A stretch of DNA of 62,412 nucleotides from Planctomycetaceae bacterium (GTDB taxonomy: Bacteria > Planctomycetota > Phycisphaerae > Tepidisphaerales > Tepidisphaeraceae). The DNA lies in assembly GCA_044464175.1 (NCBI GenBank), contig JBIQLO010000001.1, positions 1 through 62,412 of the forward strand, given 5' to 3'. The notes below the pieces were generated by a model. It was not told the DNA's origin. It worked only from the letters and a program-made list of their open reading frames with translations, and did not search any database. Within the stretch, counting starts at the first letter, position 1; each line of letters starts with the position of its first letter. A program made the position numbers and the translations under genes. Of this stretch, positions 61,205 through 62,412 are shown piece by piece.

Positions 61205-61943
61205 TGCGAAGGGTTGCATTGCCATAGCTCACCTCCTTCTGCCCGTCCTGCTCAAGCACAATCGTGAATTCCACGCTGGGACGACCGTTGATGTCACTAG
61301 GATTTCGGGATGAAAACTTCGCGGCGGCCACATTGGTGGCGAGCATCTCACTGGTCAAAAAAGTCGCCCCTGAGACCTTCAAGTTTTGCGGCATGGTAGA
61401 TGTGTTAAACTGAGCAGAACTAACCGATATGCGGGCTCGAATTGATTGAATTGCCGAGAGCGTACCTATGGATCGATACAACTTGATTGTCAAACTCGAC
61501 GGATCGTATTCCAGCCATCCCAATTCTCCCAACTCCAATTTGTCATCTTGGAATTGAACATTTCCACCCACGTTCATTCCGTCCATCAGCCACAGCATCA
61601 CCCCCGCCGTCTGTGTGCTGGAGGTATCAAGCGACCCAGACGAGATCACGCCGACGCTCCGGGCATTTGAAATAATGTGTTGAATCCGATGGCTGATCAC
61701 CGTCTGTGTCACCGGGAGGGACTGCGGCGACTCGGCCCCCTGCCAGTTTTGGCCGGCGGCCGCCGTGAAGGCGGCCAAGGCTCCCGCCACCAAGCTCACC
61801 ACCACCATTCCCATTATCAATTCAAGGAGGGTAAAAGCGGCCCGACAGGATATCTGCAAGGGTGCCCCCCAGGTTTGAAGGAAATACACAAACCGTCCCC
61901 TCCGAGCATTACCCTTTTTTGCTTTTACATCGTGGTGGTTCAT
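61182..61943 (-). CDS. Pseudopilin with a prepilin-type N-terminus
   Basis: RAAFTLLELIMGMVVVSLVAGAL. The ATG at 61943 overlaps the upstream stop (ATGA). Confidence 0.7.
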   Translation of the reverse strand: MNHHDVKAKKGNARRGRFVYFLQTWGAPLQISCRAAFTLLELIMGMVVVSLVAGALAAFTAAAGQNWQGAESPQSLPVTQTVISHRIQHIISNARSVGVISSGSLDTSSTQTAGVMLWLMDGMNVGGNVQFQDDKLELGELGWLEYDPSSLTIKLYRSIGTLSAIQSIRARISVSSAQFNTSTMPQNLKVSGATFLTSEMLATNVAAAKFSSRNPSDINGRPSVEFTIVLEQDGQKEVSYGNATLRNATTPQN

Positions 61944-62412
61944 CGTCGCACCGCCCGCGTCGCCAGGCGCGACAACTGGACCGTTTTTCCGCTCGGCTCC
62001 GTTACCGTCACCGTGATCAGAGCGCAATCCGTTTTGGGTGGCGCCCCTGGATAGCCCAACGTCACATATTGCACATTTACCTTCCGGGCATATGTGCCGC
62101 CGGAAAGGGTGATGGACGCCCCCTGCTGGTCCTTCAGATTGGCCGTCGTGTCGGTGTAGCCGGCATAATCACTGATGTAGTCATAATTGGCCCGGATGTC
62201 CGTAGCGTCATGCCCCAGGAGCACACCATCGGTGTCGGGATATGCGAACGGCCGGGCCATGATCTCCTCCATCAGCTCCCGCGCCAGCCCCACGGCCGTC
62301 AGATCCTGCCGGGATGCGGAGGATTGCTGCTGATTGGCAAGCATTCCCCCCGCCATGGCCGCCGCCGCCAACGCCAGCACGACCGAGGCGATCAAGCCTT
62401 CGGCCAGAGTAA
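61940..62412 (-). CDS. Pseudopilin (GspI/J-like), 5' end cut by window edge
   Basis: Reading is open to the window edge. The translated edge gives TLAEGLIASVVLALAAAAMAG, a prepilin-type hydrophobic N-terminus. Confidence 0.7.
   Translation of the reverse strand, partial: TLAEGLIASVVLALAAAAMAGGMLANQQQSSASRQDLTAVGLARELMEEIMARPFAYPDTDGVLLGHDATDIRANYDYISDYAGYTDTTANLKDQQGASITLSGGTYARKVNVQYVTLGYPGAPPKTDCALITVTVTEPSGKTVQLSRLATRAVRR

Overview
High-G+C bacterial chromosome segment, most consistent with Planctomycetota. Supporting signs are two DUF1559-type prepilin-like genes with [14 protein letters not shown]-termini, two DUF4838 enzymes and scattered flagellar genes. About 55 genes are packed with almost no spare DNA. 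Left to right: (1) a sugar-modification cluster at 1-9361: an SDR epimerase, a glycosidase-like/SDR fusion, a Zn-dehydrogenase, a GT4, three CgeB-like glycosyltransferase modules (two fused) and a SAM methyltransferase, mostly joined by ATGA overlaps. (2) psd and pssA, split by a four-helix-bundle gene cassette. (3) fusA, rpsO-pnp and a DUF5996 gene. (4) a LacI / DUF1559 / DUF4838 triad plus a Gfo/Idh/MocA oxidoreductase on the minus strand. (5) nuoJKLMN on the minus strand. (6) a small, apparently lower-G+C islet of three hypothetical genes. (7) flgB-flgC-fliE-fliF-fliG-fliH on the minus strand. (8) thrS. (9) a second, paralogous LacI / DUF1559 / DUF4838 triad on the plus strand. (10) a ~16.7 kb type IV filament (T4P/T2SS-like) operon on the minus strand: pseudopilins, pilMNO(P), secretin and a TPR lipoprotein, then histidine kinase, receiver, GAF-HD-GYP and STAS genes embedded before GspE and GspF. 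The main signal not explained by genes is a set of hairpin repeats whose arms are tandem heptanucleotides (GTCCGTG, CGTTGTC, GGAAAAT, CGGGATT, CCAGTTG), plus a separate GTAGGGTGGGCTTTAGCCCACC hairpin. These occupy nearly every intra-operon spacer of the nuo and flagellar operons and the rpsO-pnp leader. One of them brackets the four-helix-bundle gene. In two places they are read through as protein: a linker fusing two CgeB modules, and the NuoM C-terminal tail. No rRNA, tRNA, CRISPR array, transposase or integrase was seen. All calls come from reading the sequence and ORF track; no database search or statistics were run.
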